Shown here: piece after piece, positions 55,841 to 64,000 of the stretch
Layout of the letters: each line of letters begins with the position of its first letter
Numbering within the stretch: position 1 is the first letter of the stretch
Source: a virus
Lineage: Duplodnaviria > Heunggongvirae > Uroviricota > Caudoviricetes
DNA length: 64,000 bases
IMG/VR virus record: IMGVR_UViG_2974578326_000001
Span: 26,711-90,710 of that record
Reading direction: 5' to 3' (one strand)
The notes under the pieces: generated by a model
Database searches by the model: none
Seen by the model: the letters and a program-made list of their open reading frames with translations, nothing else
Told to the model about the DNA's origin: nothing
Position numbers and translations under genes: made by a program

Positions 55841-56425
55841 TTAGAACCCTACCGCAAAGCCAGCACCAATCGCATGGTCTTGTTCTGAGTTATGACTAAA
55901 TGATAACCGAACAGCAGTTGACCGTGTAGGTTTGATTTGAGCACCAACAGCTACTGCATTTTCGCCATTATACCAACCACCACCAACACCAACACTGAAT
56001 GTATCACCATCAACATAAGGGATATTTGACATAGCTGCTACACCAGAAATACCAGCAGACATTTTCTTTTCGCTTGTACGCATCCACTTCTGAACATCAC
56101 CACGCAAAGCACCAACCTGATTATCGGTGTAAGCAATGCTGCTTGATGAAGTAGCGACTAATTGATCACCAAAGTATTGCTCTGTTTGGTGTAACTTATC
56201 GTCAGTGTACTTGTTAGAAACCTTAATGGCTTCACTTTTACGGACATCAGTGTATTCATTAGAGCGTTGTTCTGCATCTAATGTTTCTTGGTGACTTGTT
56301 AGATACAACTCATAAGCATGTGCCTGCTCATAGGAAAGATCAGGGTATTTTTCTTCCAATGTTTGGGCAAATGCAGTAGAGGCAAGTAATAAGCCAGATA
56401 CTAAGGCAACAATTTGTTTTTTCAT
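55841..56425 (-). CDS. secreted outer-membrane protein with YadA-like C-terminal beta-barrel anchor
   Basis: signal peptide MKKQIVALVSGLLLASTAFA; C-terminal Gly/Ala-rich strands ending with aromatic F. Confidence 0.45.
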   Translation of the reverse strand: MKKQIVALVSGLLLASTAFAQTLEEKYPDLSYEQAHAYELYLTSHQETLDAEQRSNEYTDVRKSEAIKVSNKYTDDKLHQTEQYFGDQLVATSSSSIAYTDNQVGALRGDVQKWMRTSEKKMSAGISGVAAMSNIPYVDGDTFSVGVGGGWYNGENAVAVGAQIKPTRSTAVRLSFSHNSEQDHAIGAGFAVGF

Positions 56426-56513
56426 TATTCATCTCTTAGGACAATGTGAATTAAAACGAACGATAGTAAAATAAAAGCTAAATCAGGACTCATAGCCCCT
56501 CCCTAGCACGACG

Positions 56514-56810
56514 TCACAGTAGTAAGTTTGATTTCTCACCACTATGTAACTTGATTTGCATACCTTTTAAGTTTTCAAAAGTATGTCGGATTGCACCATA
56601 CAACTTGTGCATGTTATTGTTTTTGGAATCAAATCGGAAGTTCTCAAGATACTTAACTTCTTTTTGTTTACCATAGAGTTTTACAGTTACTTGAAGGCAA
56701 TTACGTTTTGCTTTACGCTTGACATAAATTTTACCTACTATTTCAGGTAACTTGATAGATGTTTTCTTATCAAAATAAACATTGTTTACATTCAAAACGA
56801 CCATTGACAT
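56514..56810 (-). CDS. hypothetical basic protein
   Basis: 98-aa ORF. Confidence 0.35.
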   Translation of the reverse strand: MSMVVLNVNNVYFDKKTSIKLPEIVGKIYVKRKAKRNCLQVTVKLYGKQKEVKYLENFRFDSKNNNMHKLYGAIRHTFENLKGMQIKLHSGEKSNLLL

Positions 56811-56878
56811 TTTGATAACCTCTTATATGGTTTAATAAATATTAACTAGTCCTCTGCGTGAAGACTAGGTGATATTCA

Positions 56879-57112
56879 CTATCTTTTTATAACTAACTCA
56901 ACATCAATAGGTTTAACATTGTGACTGTTAAAGAAGTTAGTAATTTTGAATCCTGCTAACTCACTGATCCCTGAGTTTAATTGGATAGCTGATCCTTTGT
57001 TTATCTTACGGTAAATAGCACCGTCCTTGTTTTCAAAGCAATCACCTATACCAATACTTCCAAAAAGTATATACAAGTCTTCACAATTATCATCAATTAT
57101 TTTAAAAGACAT
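56879..57112 (-). CDS. small protein, GD-x-F family member
   Basis: FGSIGIGDCFENKDGAIYRKI pattern. Confidence 0.4.
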   Translation of the reverse strand: MSFKIIDDNCEDLYILFGSIGIGDCFENKDGAIYRKINKGSAIQLNSGISELAGFKITNFFNSHNVKPIDVELVIKR

Positions 57113-57113
57113 G

Positions 57114-57362
57114 TTAACCTCTATGATCGGATATTATTAACTCTACAAAAACAGGTCTGACTTTGAGATTTGGTTTTGGTTTTTCAAACTTAGTGTCTCC
57201 AAATCCAACTTTACTATTACTAATACATAAAGCAAGTGATTCAGTGTATTTTCTGTACACTAACCCACACTCTGTCATATAACAGTCATTAGGTGGTATG
57301 TCTTCAAACCTTACGAAAGGGCTTTTTGTTTTTGTTACTTTAAATGTCATTATTAACCTCAA
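57114..57362 (-). CDS. small protein, GD-x-F family member
   Basis: tandem with 56879-57112. Confidence 0.4.
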   Translation of the reverse strand: MRLIMTFKVTKTKSPFVRFEDIPPNDCYMTECGLVYRKYTESLALCISNSKVGFGDTKFEKPKPNLKVRPVFVELIISDHRG

Positions 57363-57540
57363 TACAACTGAAATTCATATCAGGGTTACGCCAGCGTGGC
57401 TCTACATCTTTCATCAATGTCTTACCAATATCTAGACAATCAGATTGTGATTGAGCTTGTACACGGACGGAGTTAGATGTCACTGATACACCGCTTGGGT
57501 CAGATACTGAGATAACCCAAACTAAAATAAAAATTTTCAC
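57340..57540 (-). CDS. small secreted protein
   Basis: signal peptide MKIFILVWVISVS, 2 Cys. Confidence 0.35.
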   Translation of the reverse strand: MKIFILVWVISVSDPSGVSVTSNSVRVQAQSQSDCLDIGKTLMKDVEPRWRNPDMNFSCIEVNNDI

Positions 57541-57563
57541 TATAATAACCTCACATTAGTGAT

Positions 57564-58112
57564 TTATTTTAACCCTCTCATTGCCTTGGTCATTTCAGCT
57601 AATCTTGAAGTTCGAGTTGCATCATTCTCAATTCTTCTTTCTTCTTCAATAGCCTTATCTTTTATTTCCTGTCTTACCATTTTAAGTGAAAGTTTTAAAA
57701 TCCTCTCTTTTGTTTTTAAATCAACTAAATCCGAGTGCATTAATGTATCAACATGGGCTTTGGCACAATTAGCGTTAGCTCTAACTAGACACACATTACC
57801 GCGCACATAACCTTTTAGGGGGTTTATACGTTCAATAGTTATATCAGGAGCATTTTTAAATTCTTCCCCAGAATAGGCGCAAAGACCATTGCCTTTATTA
57901 AAAAGATCATGTACATCTTTTAAGGTCAAATCAAACTCAACACCCTTTGAGCTAGCATTATTAATTTTATCTAGCATTTTTCTTAGAATAATATAAGGGC
58001 TTAGGCTTGTATATTTCATTGAAGATCCTTTAACTTCCTTGATTGTCATAGAATTTACTGAACATTGCAGTGATAGGGTGTATCTTTTCAGATTCTTTTC
58101 TTTTTCTATCAC
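57564..58112 (-). CDS. HNH-like nuclease domain protein with coiled-coil C-terminus
   Basis: GLCAYSGEEF..ITIERINPLKGYVRGNVCLV..N parallels the HNH motif of 18629-19207. Confidence 0.45.
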   Translation of the reverse strand: MIEKEKNLKRYTLSLQCSVNSMTIKEVKGSSMKYTSLSPYIILRKMLDKINNASSKGVEFDLTLKDVHDLFNKGNGLCAYSGEEFKNAPDITIERINPLKGYVRGNVCLVRANANCAKAHVDTLMHSDLVDLKTKERILKLSLKMVRQEIKDKAIEEERRIENDATRTSRLAEMTKAMRGLK

Positions 58113-58193
58113 GTTCCTCTTTCTCTGCTAATATTCTTTCACGTCTGTCTAATGCAGGTTCAGATAGACCGATTGTTACTATTTCTGGCGCAC

Positions 58194-58628
58194 TCATAAC
58201 GTTGTTAACTCACTTACTGAATAACCAATACCAAAATAAACAGCCTGGTTTAAAGAATGATCAGCGCATATTTTATCTACACCACAGCCATTCTCTTTAA
58301 TGAAGAATTCATAAGCTTTCTTAACACTTGGTCTAACACCAAAATTTTCATGATAGTCCATACCTAGTACAAGAGAATCAATATAATCTTCGGATACAGT
58401 GTTGATACAATCAATCATTGTTTGATCAGAAGGCATTGGTTTATTCTTTGCAAAAGCTTTACAGATGTTTGTTGCATCTTTTTCAATAGAATTTAAAGTT
58501 TGTTGTGTTTCTGGTAAATATTTAGATCGATCTAAGTCTAAAAACTTATCAGAAGCCAATACTGGATGGCATGCGGAAAGCGTCACCGTAGTGACAATTG
58601 CAATAGCTACTGCTCTTAAAGGCTTCAT
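58194..58628 (-). CDS. lipoprotein
   Basis: signal peptide with lipobox LSAC. Confidence 0.55.
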   Translation of the reverse strand: MKPLRAVAIAIVTTVTLSACHPVLASDKFLDLDRSKYLPETQQTLNSIEKDATNICKAFAKNKPMPSDQTMIDCINTVSEDYIDSLVLGMDYHENFGVRPSVKKAYEFFIKENGCGVDKICADHSLNQAVYFGIGYSVSELTTL

Positions 58629-58798
58629 CTTTTACCCCATTTATTTTCATTAGCTTTATTCGTTACCAACTTCTTATAAATAGTTGGCTCTCTATCTGGG
58701 TGACGTTTGGTATTTTCATACAAGTAAGATTGTTCAAAAGCTTTCTTTCTCACTTTCATGATAGCTTTTTTCAAAGCTTGTCCTCTCAACCTTTCCAT
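58625..58798 (-). CDS. small basic protein (57 aa, not in ORF track)
   Basis: ATG at 58798; stop overlaps lipoprotein start (ATGA). Confidence 0.25.
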   Translation of the reverse strand: MERLRGQALKKAIMKVRKKAFEQSYLYENTKRHPDREPTIYKKLVTNKANENKWGKR

Positions 58799-59075
58799 TT
58801 TTCACCTTATGATAATACATTAATAAACCATTAGCTTATTAATATACAATCAGGAAAACCCTCACACAATTTTATGCAAGGGTTTTCAGTTCCTCAATTA
58901 TCATATACTCAAATTAATTAGATAATATCTGAAAATATTTCCTATCCGTCTAACCTATTCTAGAATAGTTGTTTGTGTTAAACGCCTAACAAAGATTTAT
59001 TTTTATACTTTGTTTCTAAGGTTTTGATAGTTAGTAAAGCCTTTCAAACTTTACCTACCGCATGGGAATTACTCC

Positions 59076-59459
59076 TTAAAACTCTACCTTATAGCAGATT
59101 AAAGACATATTAACATCTGTTGCAATTTTATTACCATCTTCAAACAAAGTAACAACACTGTCTTTGATGATCGCATCATAGATATGACCGAGTTTTAAAC
59201 CTTTGTAAGACCACATAGGATTAACAGCGGATAGTTTAAAGCTAAATTTTCCATTGGTATTGATACCAGTGTCTTTTAACCATGATAAGACGGATTTCAG
59301 ATCATCATCTAAATCATAAGATTTTCCAAAGCGACACAGTAGTGTGCAAGCTCCGTCAGGGTGAACATGGATATGGTCTACATCTTCAACCATAAAGCAT
59401 GTATTGTTGTCTTTGATTTCTATTTCTTGGTTAGTTAAATCTACGCTGTTTATATTCAC
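59076..59459 (-). CDS. hypothetical protein
   Basis: 127-aa ORF. Confidence 0.4.
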   Translation of the reverse strand: MNINSVDLTNQEIEIKDNNTCFMVEDVDHIHVHPDGACTLLCRFGKSYDLDDDLKSVLSWLKDTGINTNGKFSFKLSAVNPMWSYKGLKLGHIYDAIIKDSVVTLFEDGNKIATDVNMSLICYKVEF

Positions 59460-59631
59460 TGCATATTCCTCATATGGTTTATGAATTATAATGATAGGAT
59501 TCTTATTTGAAAAGTTTTGGCTGTTAAGAAGAGGAATCCTATGGTTATAATCACACTGGAAAGGTTAAGGGTAAACCCGTATGACTATTAAGAGGCACTC
59601 AATGAATGCCCCTATTTTAGTTACACGGCTG

Positions 59632-60231
59632 TTATGCTTCTTGAGTATATTTAGCCTCAAGTGCTTTGATAGCTTCGGCTTTCTCGGCTTCGAGTGCTTC
59701 GGCTCGTGCTACATCTAACACTAGGTTAATTGCATCACGCATTTCTTGAGACAATGAAGCATTTTCTTTCTCTAACTTTTTAGTTAAAGTTGAAGTTAAA
59801 GTATTGTTCAACCATACAGCAGGGATAAATGCTTTCTTCTCTTTCTCTTCTTTTTCTGGAACAAAGTCCATGAATTCAGTTGATAAGCACTCACGCCCTA
59901 AGTCGCTGTCTAAGAAGTTAACATCTGGTTTATTCTTAGCCACTTTTACAGTGAAGTTGATAACCTTACCGACTTTTTCTTGAGAAATTTTTACAGGTGC
60001 AAATTTCTTTAAGAAAGCCAGCATTGCTTTTTGTTCAGTGCCACCATCTTTAGCCATTTTTAAGATTGGCTCGATGAAAGTGCAGTCACCATGTTGATGA
60101 GTGTGAACGATAGCAGACACTAACAGTAAGTTAGTTTGAGCTTGAGCCTCTTTACGTGATGCAGAAAGAGTTGCGATAGCATTTTGAATGTTAGCTTGAC
60201 CAAAGATTAAGTTAGTTACTTGAATAGCCAT
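59632..60231 (-). CDS. hypothetical protein with Ala/Glu-rich C-terminal coiled coil
   Basis: 199-aa ORF, second gene of leftward operon. Confidence 0.4.
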   Translation of the reverse strand: MAIQVTNLIFGQANIQNAIATLSASRKEAQAQTNLLLVSAIVHTHQHGDCTFIEPILKMAKDGGTEQKAMLAFLKKFAPVKISQEKVGKVINFTVKVAKNKPDVNFLDSDLGRECLSTEFMDFVPEKEEKEKKAFIPAVWLNNTLTSTLTKKLEKENASLSQEMRDAINLVLDVARAEALEAEKAEAIKALEAKYTQEA

Positions 60232-60268
60232 GATATTTCACCTTTTATATACATTTAAGAAATTAGAA

Positions 60269-60595
60269 TTAACGTGCTGGATTGAATGACTTGCCTTTCT
60301 TAGACTCACGCCAATCATTCTTGTTCATTGTTGTTGCTCCGCCAGTTGTGGCGAAAGTCCTAGCGTAGATTTTACGCAAGTGGTTTTTAGCTTGGTTAAC
60401 CTGTAAAGTAGTGAATGGCTTTTCCCATTCCCCAGTTAACTCATTTAAGCTAGGTTTATTGTCGATAACCTCGTTTAAGTTTTTAACAACCTCATGACGA
60501 CGTAAAGCAATATCATTCATGAAATCAGGTTGTTCCTTTTGTAGTCTGGCTCTTCTGGCTATCATTTTGTTTAGCCTTTTAAAGTTTCTAGACAT
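60269..60595 (-). CDS. hypothetical basic protein (first gene of leftward operon)
   Basis: 108-aa ORF adjacent to the noncoding control region. Confidence 0.4.
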   Translation of the reverse strand: MSRNFKRLNKMIARRARLQKEQPDFMNDIALRRHEVVKNLNEVIDNKPSLNELTGEWEKPFTTLQVNQAKNHLRKIYARTFATTGGATTMNKNDWRESKKGKSFNPAR

Positions 60596-61236
60596 TACAT
60601 TTACACCTTTGTTAAATGACCTTTGACGGGCTAGGGATTCGATAGTATAAGTTAACTAGTAACCACTCTAACTAAATCCCTAGCTCAAAGCGTCACTTGC
60701 GCAGTGCTTGCAAGTTTAGCTTGATAGCGAGCAATCATGTATACGGATGCTCATACCCTGTTTTTATTGCTATCGTGTTTTTATAACCGCCCTATAATCT
60801 ACGGTTTCAGAACGTTGCATTGTCACCAATGTTATCAACTAAACTGATTTAGGCTTTTTCCCCCGTTTACGGCTGGGGACGCTTTCACCTGATACGCTCG
60901 ATCCGATTTGGCACGCTTTGGATCTCAACCTGCGATATGTTTTTATGGTCATTCATTACTCATTAGTTATAAACCACTTACATTTATAACCACTTTCACG
61001 GTTGCCAGACCCGACAAACGGTGCTTTGTTTGTCATAGCTTTTAACATTCCCGTACTCACCTACTCAAAAACGCTTGCAATCTACTTGAGAAGCATAAAA
61101 CCGATTTACAATGAGAGCTTTCGAGTGCAATCAGGGCGCTATCGAATCCCTTACTACTTGCCGACTATCTTATATTAAGTTAATCAGCTTGTCAACCCCT
61201 TTTATTATCGTCTACTATTTAAGCAGATTGTACAAT

Positions 61237-61273
61237 AAAACTACAAATCATTATTGCACATAATATATAAGGG
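61237..61273 (+). promoter_or_regulatory. copy 4 of conserved promoter/operator-like motif, opposite orientation
   Basis: aaaactacaaatcattattgcacataatatataaggg = reverse complement of copies 1-3. Confidence 0.45.
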
Positions 61274-61353
61274 ATAACTCTAATCACTGTTACCTATGAT
61301 AAACTAACCAATTATGAAAGTCAATACTTATAATTGATTAATCTATCTAGTTA

Positions 61354-61641
61354 CTACACTAACAACTTAATGGATATTCTAAACCCATCTTGTTTAAAGG
61401 GAATCACTATCTTTTTCCCTTGCTTACCAGTATATAACTTTTTAACCTTGCCTGTCAATAGCTGATTTAATCTTGTACCGCCAGCCATTAATGACAAAGG
61501 ATAGTTTATATTGATATACGCTTGTAAATGATTTAAAGATTTAAACTTCTTATTGAGATAATTGCCGTTCTCATTAAGAATTCTTTCATCTAACAAACGA
61601 TATTCAATAACGTCTATTCTTTTCGGCTTGTCTTTTCTCAT
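61354..61641 (-). CDS. possible small basic protein inside noncoding region
   Basis: 95-aa ORF with weak SD. Confidence 0.25.
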   Translation of the reverse strand: MRKDKPKRIDVIEYRLLDERILNENGNYLNKKFKSLNHLQAYININYPLSLMAGGTRLNQLLTGKVKKLYTGKQGKKIVIPFKQDGFRISIKLLV

Positions 61642-62439
61642 GATAGTTTTACCTTTTAATTTACACCTTAACAGTGCTATAAAATGATTAGTTTATCATA
61701 AGCAACAATGATTAGATTTTTAAAGAGCTTTACTACTTGCCCTTAATTATACAGATAACCTTTTAAGCTGTCAACTATTATCTTTCGAGATTCTCATCAA
61801 CTTTCTTACTAAACACCTAACAATCATAAGAGTGCATCAGTGTAAACTCAACGCTTGCCCAGTTGATCTTACTACCTACTTGCTAATAATTAACAAATGG
61901 TTATCCATATTATTAAAGAGCATTACTACTTACTGCTTGCGATACATCATATAACGCTTGTATCACGTTGTAAAGGATTAATTAACGCTACCCTAAACAA
62001 CTATCTACTTGCTTGTTTGCTTTCGACGTAGTGCATTACACACTATTCTAATCTATCTGTCAAACATATTTTTAAACTATTTTATAACTTATTGATTTAT
62101 ATATTAATTTACTTGATCCATTAACTTATCTTATCTATTTTTTCCTTTACTATACATCACACGATTAACATAATTTAATAGTATTGTCTAGTTATTATCA
62201 CGGATATAGTAACTTGTGACAAGTCATTGAAACCGTGTTTTGTTATCCTATCAAATATTATAATATCCTACACACTGAAAGAAAAAGAAAGAAAATACTA
62301 TGTTTATCAATCAATAATTATCAAGGTAATAACTCTCATATAATAGGTGGCGAATTGATAGATTATGAATAAGCATGCAATCTATCAACCAACGATTGAG
62401 TAAGCAAGAATAACGGATACATGGCTTGTCATACATACC

Positions 62440-62970
62440 CTAATGACTACCTACTATGGAACTATTAACACGGTAAACAATGGCTATGGAATGAATGACT
62501 ATGCAAGTTACGTGAATGTTTATGCACTATGAGATAACACTGTATGATATGGCATACGACAATATGACCAGGCTATGAGAACGTGAGAGATAACCTATTG
62601 ATATTATTAACACTATGGGATGGTTACGTGAATGATACACTGGTTTACTATGGGATGTGATTATGATTAATGAGATGGTATGATTATTTATACAGTGTAA
62701 TAAATTAATTAGATTAATCAATGGTTTACTATGGAATAATATATTGTCTACCATTTAGGATAATTCCTATTTACTGGTGGATTGTGAAGTGATACAATGT
62801 TAACCCCTTTCCCCCTTTTACGAAAACGAGAGAGCGTGCTAGACTACCATACCACGAGAAGGAGATATAAGAATGAGGATATCCCTATATTATACATGTG
62901 TGAGTGACAAGGACTATGGAACTATTGACTATGAGATATGACCTGCCATCAACTGCTATGAGGTGGCATC
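62440..62970. repeat. iteron-like array: ~10 copies of CTATGRG / ACTATGGAACTATT(A/G)AC
   Basis: motif copies at 62455, 62484, 62500, 62527, 62573, 62613, 62647, 62718, 62905, 62925, 62956. Confidence 0.55.
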
Positions 62971-63395
62971 AATCTTTATCAGAGTAACTAGAATATGACA
63001 TGGCATTATCCTCATCAACACTATTTATTTTATTTCCAGTGTAAGGCGTAAGATTTTAAGAAAAAGTGTACTAACGTACATGTGACTATAAGAAATAATC
63101 TCTTAGGAATAATACTCTTATAGTCTTTCTCTGAATTAAGAGAGATTAGAGATTTATTAACCTCTTAATTCTTTTTCTATTAACTCTTCCTTACTTTCAT
63201 TGCTTCCTTTATGACCTCCCATCTAGCAGTGTCTATATGACATCCCATCAATCTAACCTTCCTTTCTTCAGAGTAAAATAAAATTATTTTGTAATGATTT
63301 CTTTTATCAGAGACTAGAATAGGTTGAAGAGCTTCCAAGGTTTGTATCAGAGGGAAGTAGCGGAGGTGGAGGGAAATGTTTTAAGGAGTGATGTA

Positions 63396-63764
63396 ATGAC
63401 AGACAATGTAAATGAAAATGGTCGTAACATCCAAACTGGTAAGTTCTTAAAAGGTAACAGTTTTGGTAAAGGTCGTCCTAAAGGTTCTCGGAATAAAATG
63501 ACACAACGTATGCTTGACAGAGTTTGTGAACGAAGTGAAGATGGTTTGTCTATGGAAGAGATTATGATGGATATTGCACAAGATCCTAATATGCCTGCTG
63601 AGTTAAGGTTCAAAGCTGCTGCCAAGGTTGCAGATATTGTTTATCCTAAAGCTTCCTCTGTTGAAGTTAAGATGGATGATAAAGAGCAAATGACTAAAGC
63701 ACAGATTGATGATCGACTGAAGATGTTACTGGCTGAAACAGTTAAACGAGATAAAAAAGAATAA
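63396..63764 (+). CDS. putative DNA-binding protein (GRPKG motif; possibly terminase small subunit-like)
   Basis: AAGGAG SD 8 nt upstream of ATG 63396; motif GNSFGKGRPKGSRNK; track start 63324 is TTG and unlikely. Confidence 0.4.
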   Translation: MTDNVNENGRNIQTGKFLKGNSFGKGRPKGSRNKMTQRMLDRVCERSEDGLSMEEIMMDIAQDPNMPAELRFKAAAKVADIVYPKASSVEVKMDDKEQMTKAQIDDRLKMLLAETVKRDKKE

Positions 63765-63817
63765 CCCCGACAGGGAGAGCGAAGTCCCCGCTCTTAAAAA
63801 TATAGGGACTTTTCTAT

Positions 63818-63891
63818 AGGGGATTAGTATATTGGTATTACAATTGCCTCCAAAGCTAGAGAAGAGGGTTCAATTCCTTCATCCCCTGCCA
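63818..63891 (+). other. tRNA-like element with canonical acceptor stem, T-arm and CCA but non-canonical anticodon arm
   Basis: AGGGGAT...GAGGG-TTCAATT-CCTTC-ATCCCCT-G-CCA; 7-bp acceptor and T-loop TTCAATT fold, anticodon stem cannot be drawn. Confidence 0.3.
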
Positions 63892-63954
63892 ATTAGTCAT
63901 GCTTACTGGGGCGGACGTTAAACTAAGAATCCAGTCTTAATAAAGTAAGGAGAA

Positions 63955-63985
63955 GGCCTCTCAGGAGGCCGTTTCTTTTTGTTTG
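63955..63985 (+). terminator. rho-independent terminator (plus strand)
   Basis: GGCCTC-TCAG-GAGGCC hairpin followed by GTTTCTTTTTGTTTG. Confidence 0.6.
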
Positions 63986-64000
63986 TAAATTTTTTTCGTC

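Noticed and set aside
58853-58886. Perfect 9-bp inverted repeat GAAAACCCT ... AGGGTTTTC as a terminator
   Set aside because: There is no clean downstream U-tract on either strand; it may be an operator or RNA structure, but the evidence is too thin for a feature call.
62527-62754. 75-aa minus-strand ORF inside the iteron region
   Set aside because: Its composition is His/Ile/Ser-rich and repetitive, generated by the repeats themselves; it has no RBS.
62440-62970. CRISPR array
   Set aside because: The CTATGRG repeats are only 7-18 bp, irregularly spaced and imperfect, with no repeat-spacer periodicity, so they are iterons rather than CRISPR.
63324-63395. Upstream extension of the plus-strand gene to the track start at 63324
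   Set aside because: Position 63324 is TTG with no RBS; an ATG at 63377 is followed immediately by a stop; the ATG at 63396 has a strong AAGGAG SD and was taken as the start.

Overview
AT-rich, very gene-dense segment of a large virulent tailed-phage genome. Almost every gene lies on the minus strand from 1 to 60.6 kb. A 2.7-kb gene-free strand-switch region follows, and a plus-strand gene begins at 63.4 kb.

The window combines a T7-like replication module with T4-like nucleotide metabolism. The replication module contains a gp4-like primase-helicase, a gp5-like family-A DNA polymerase that is physically split into separate 3'-5' exonuclease and polymerase genes, an ATP-dependent ligase, a 5'-3' flap exonuclease and an SSB with an acidic DDDVPF tail. 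The nucleotide-metabolism genes are anaerobic RNR NrdD, class Ia RNR NrdA/NrdB, thioredoxin and dCTP deaminase. Also present are three tRNA genes (Arg-UCU, Met/Ile-CAU, Arg-CCU), HNH homing endonucleases, two cell-wall hydrolases and several accessory islands.

Most interesting are:
- a cluster at 31.7-38.8 kb (flanking ORFs to 40.7 kb) encoding an ATP-grasp ligase, a class-II glutamine amidotransferase with a multi-zinc-ribbon tail, and two glutamine-synthetase/GCS2-like amidoligases, a predicted peptide or metabolite ligation system of unknown product;
- an NAD/nucleotide island at 48-55.6 kb: a NAMPT-family phosphoribosyltransferase plus a PRPS-like enzyme (possibly the NARP1-type NAD+ reconstitution pair), two TerD proteins, TerC, MazG, a kinase-only T4 Pnk homolog and DksA/TraR;
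- a PnuC-like transporter flanked by two SLOG-type nucleotide-processing proteins, plus a macro-domain protein;
- an RNA-repair set (RtcB, CPR receiver domain, AAA ATPase);
- a phage Dps and a free-standing NrdD-type ATP-cone;
- an HNH paralog interrupted by an in-frame amber codon;
- a conserved palindromic operator/promoter motif present four times;
- an iteron-rich putative origin or terminus region.
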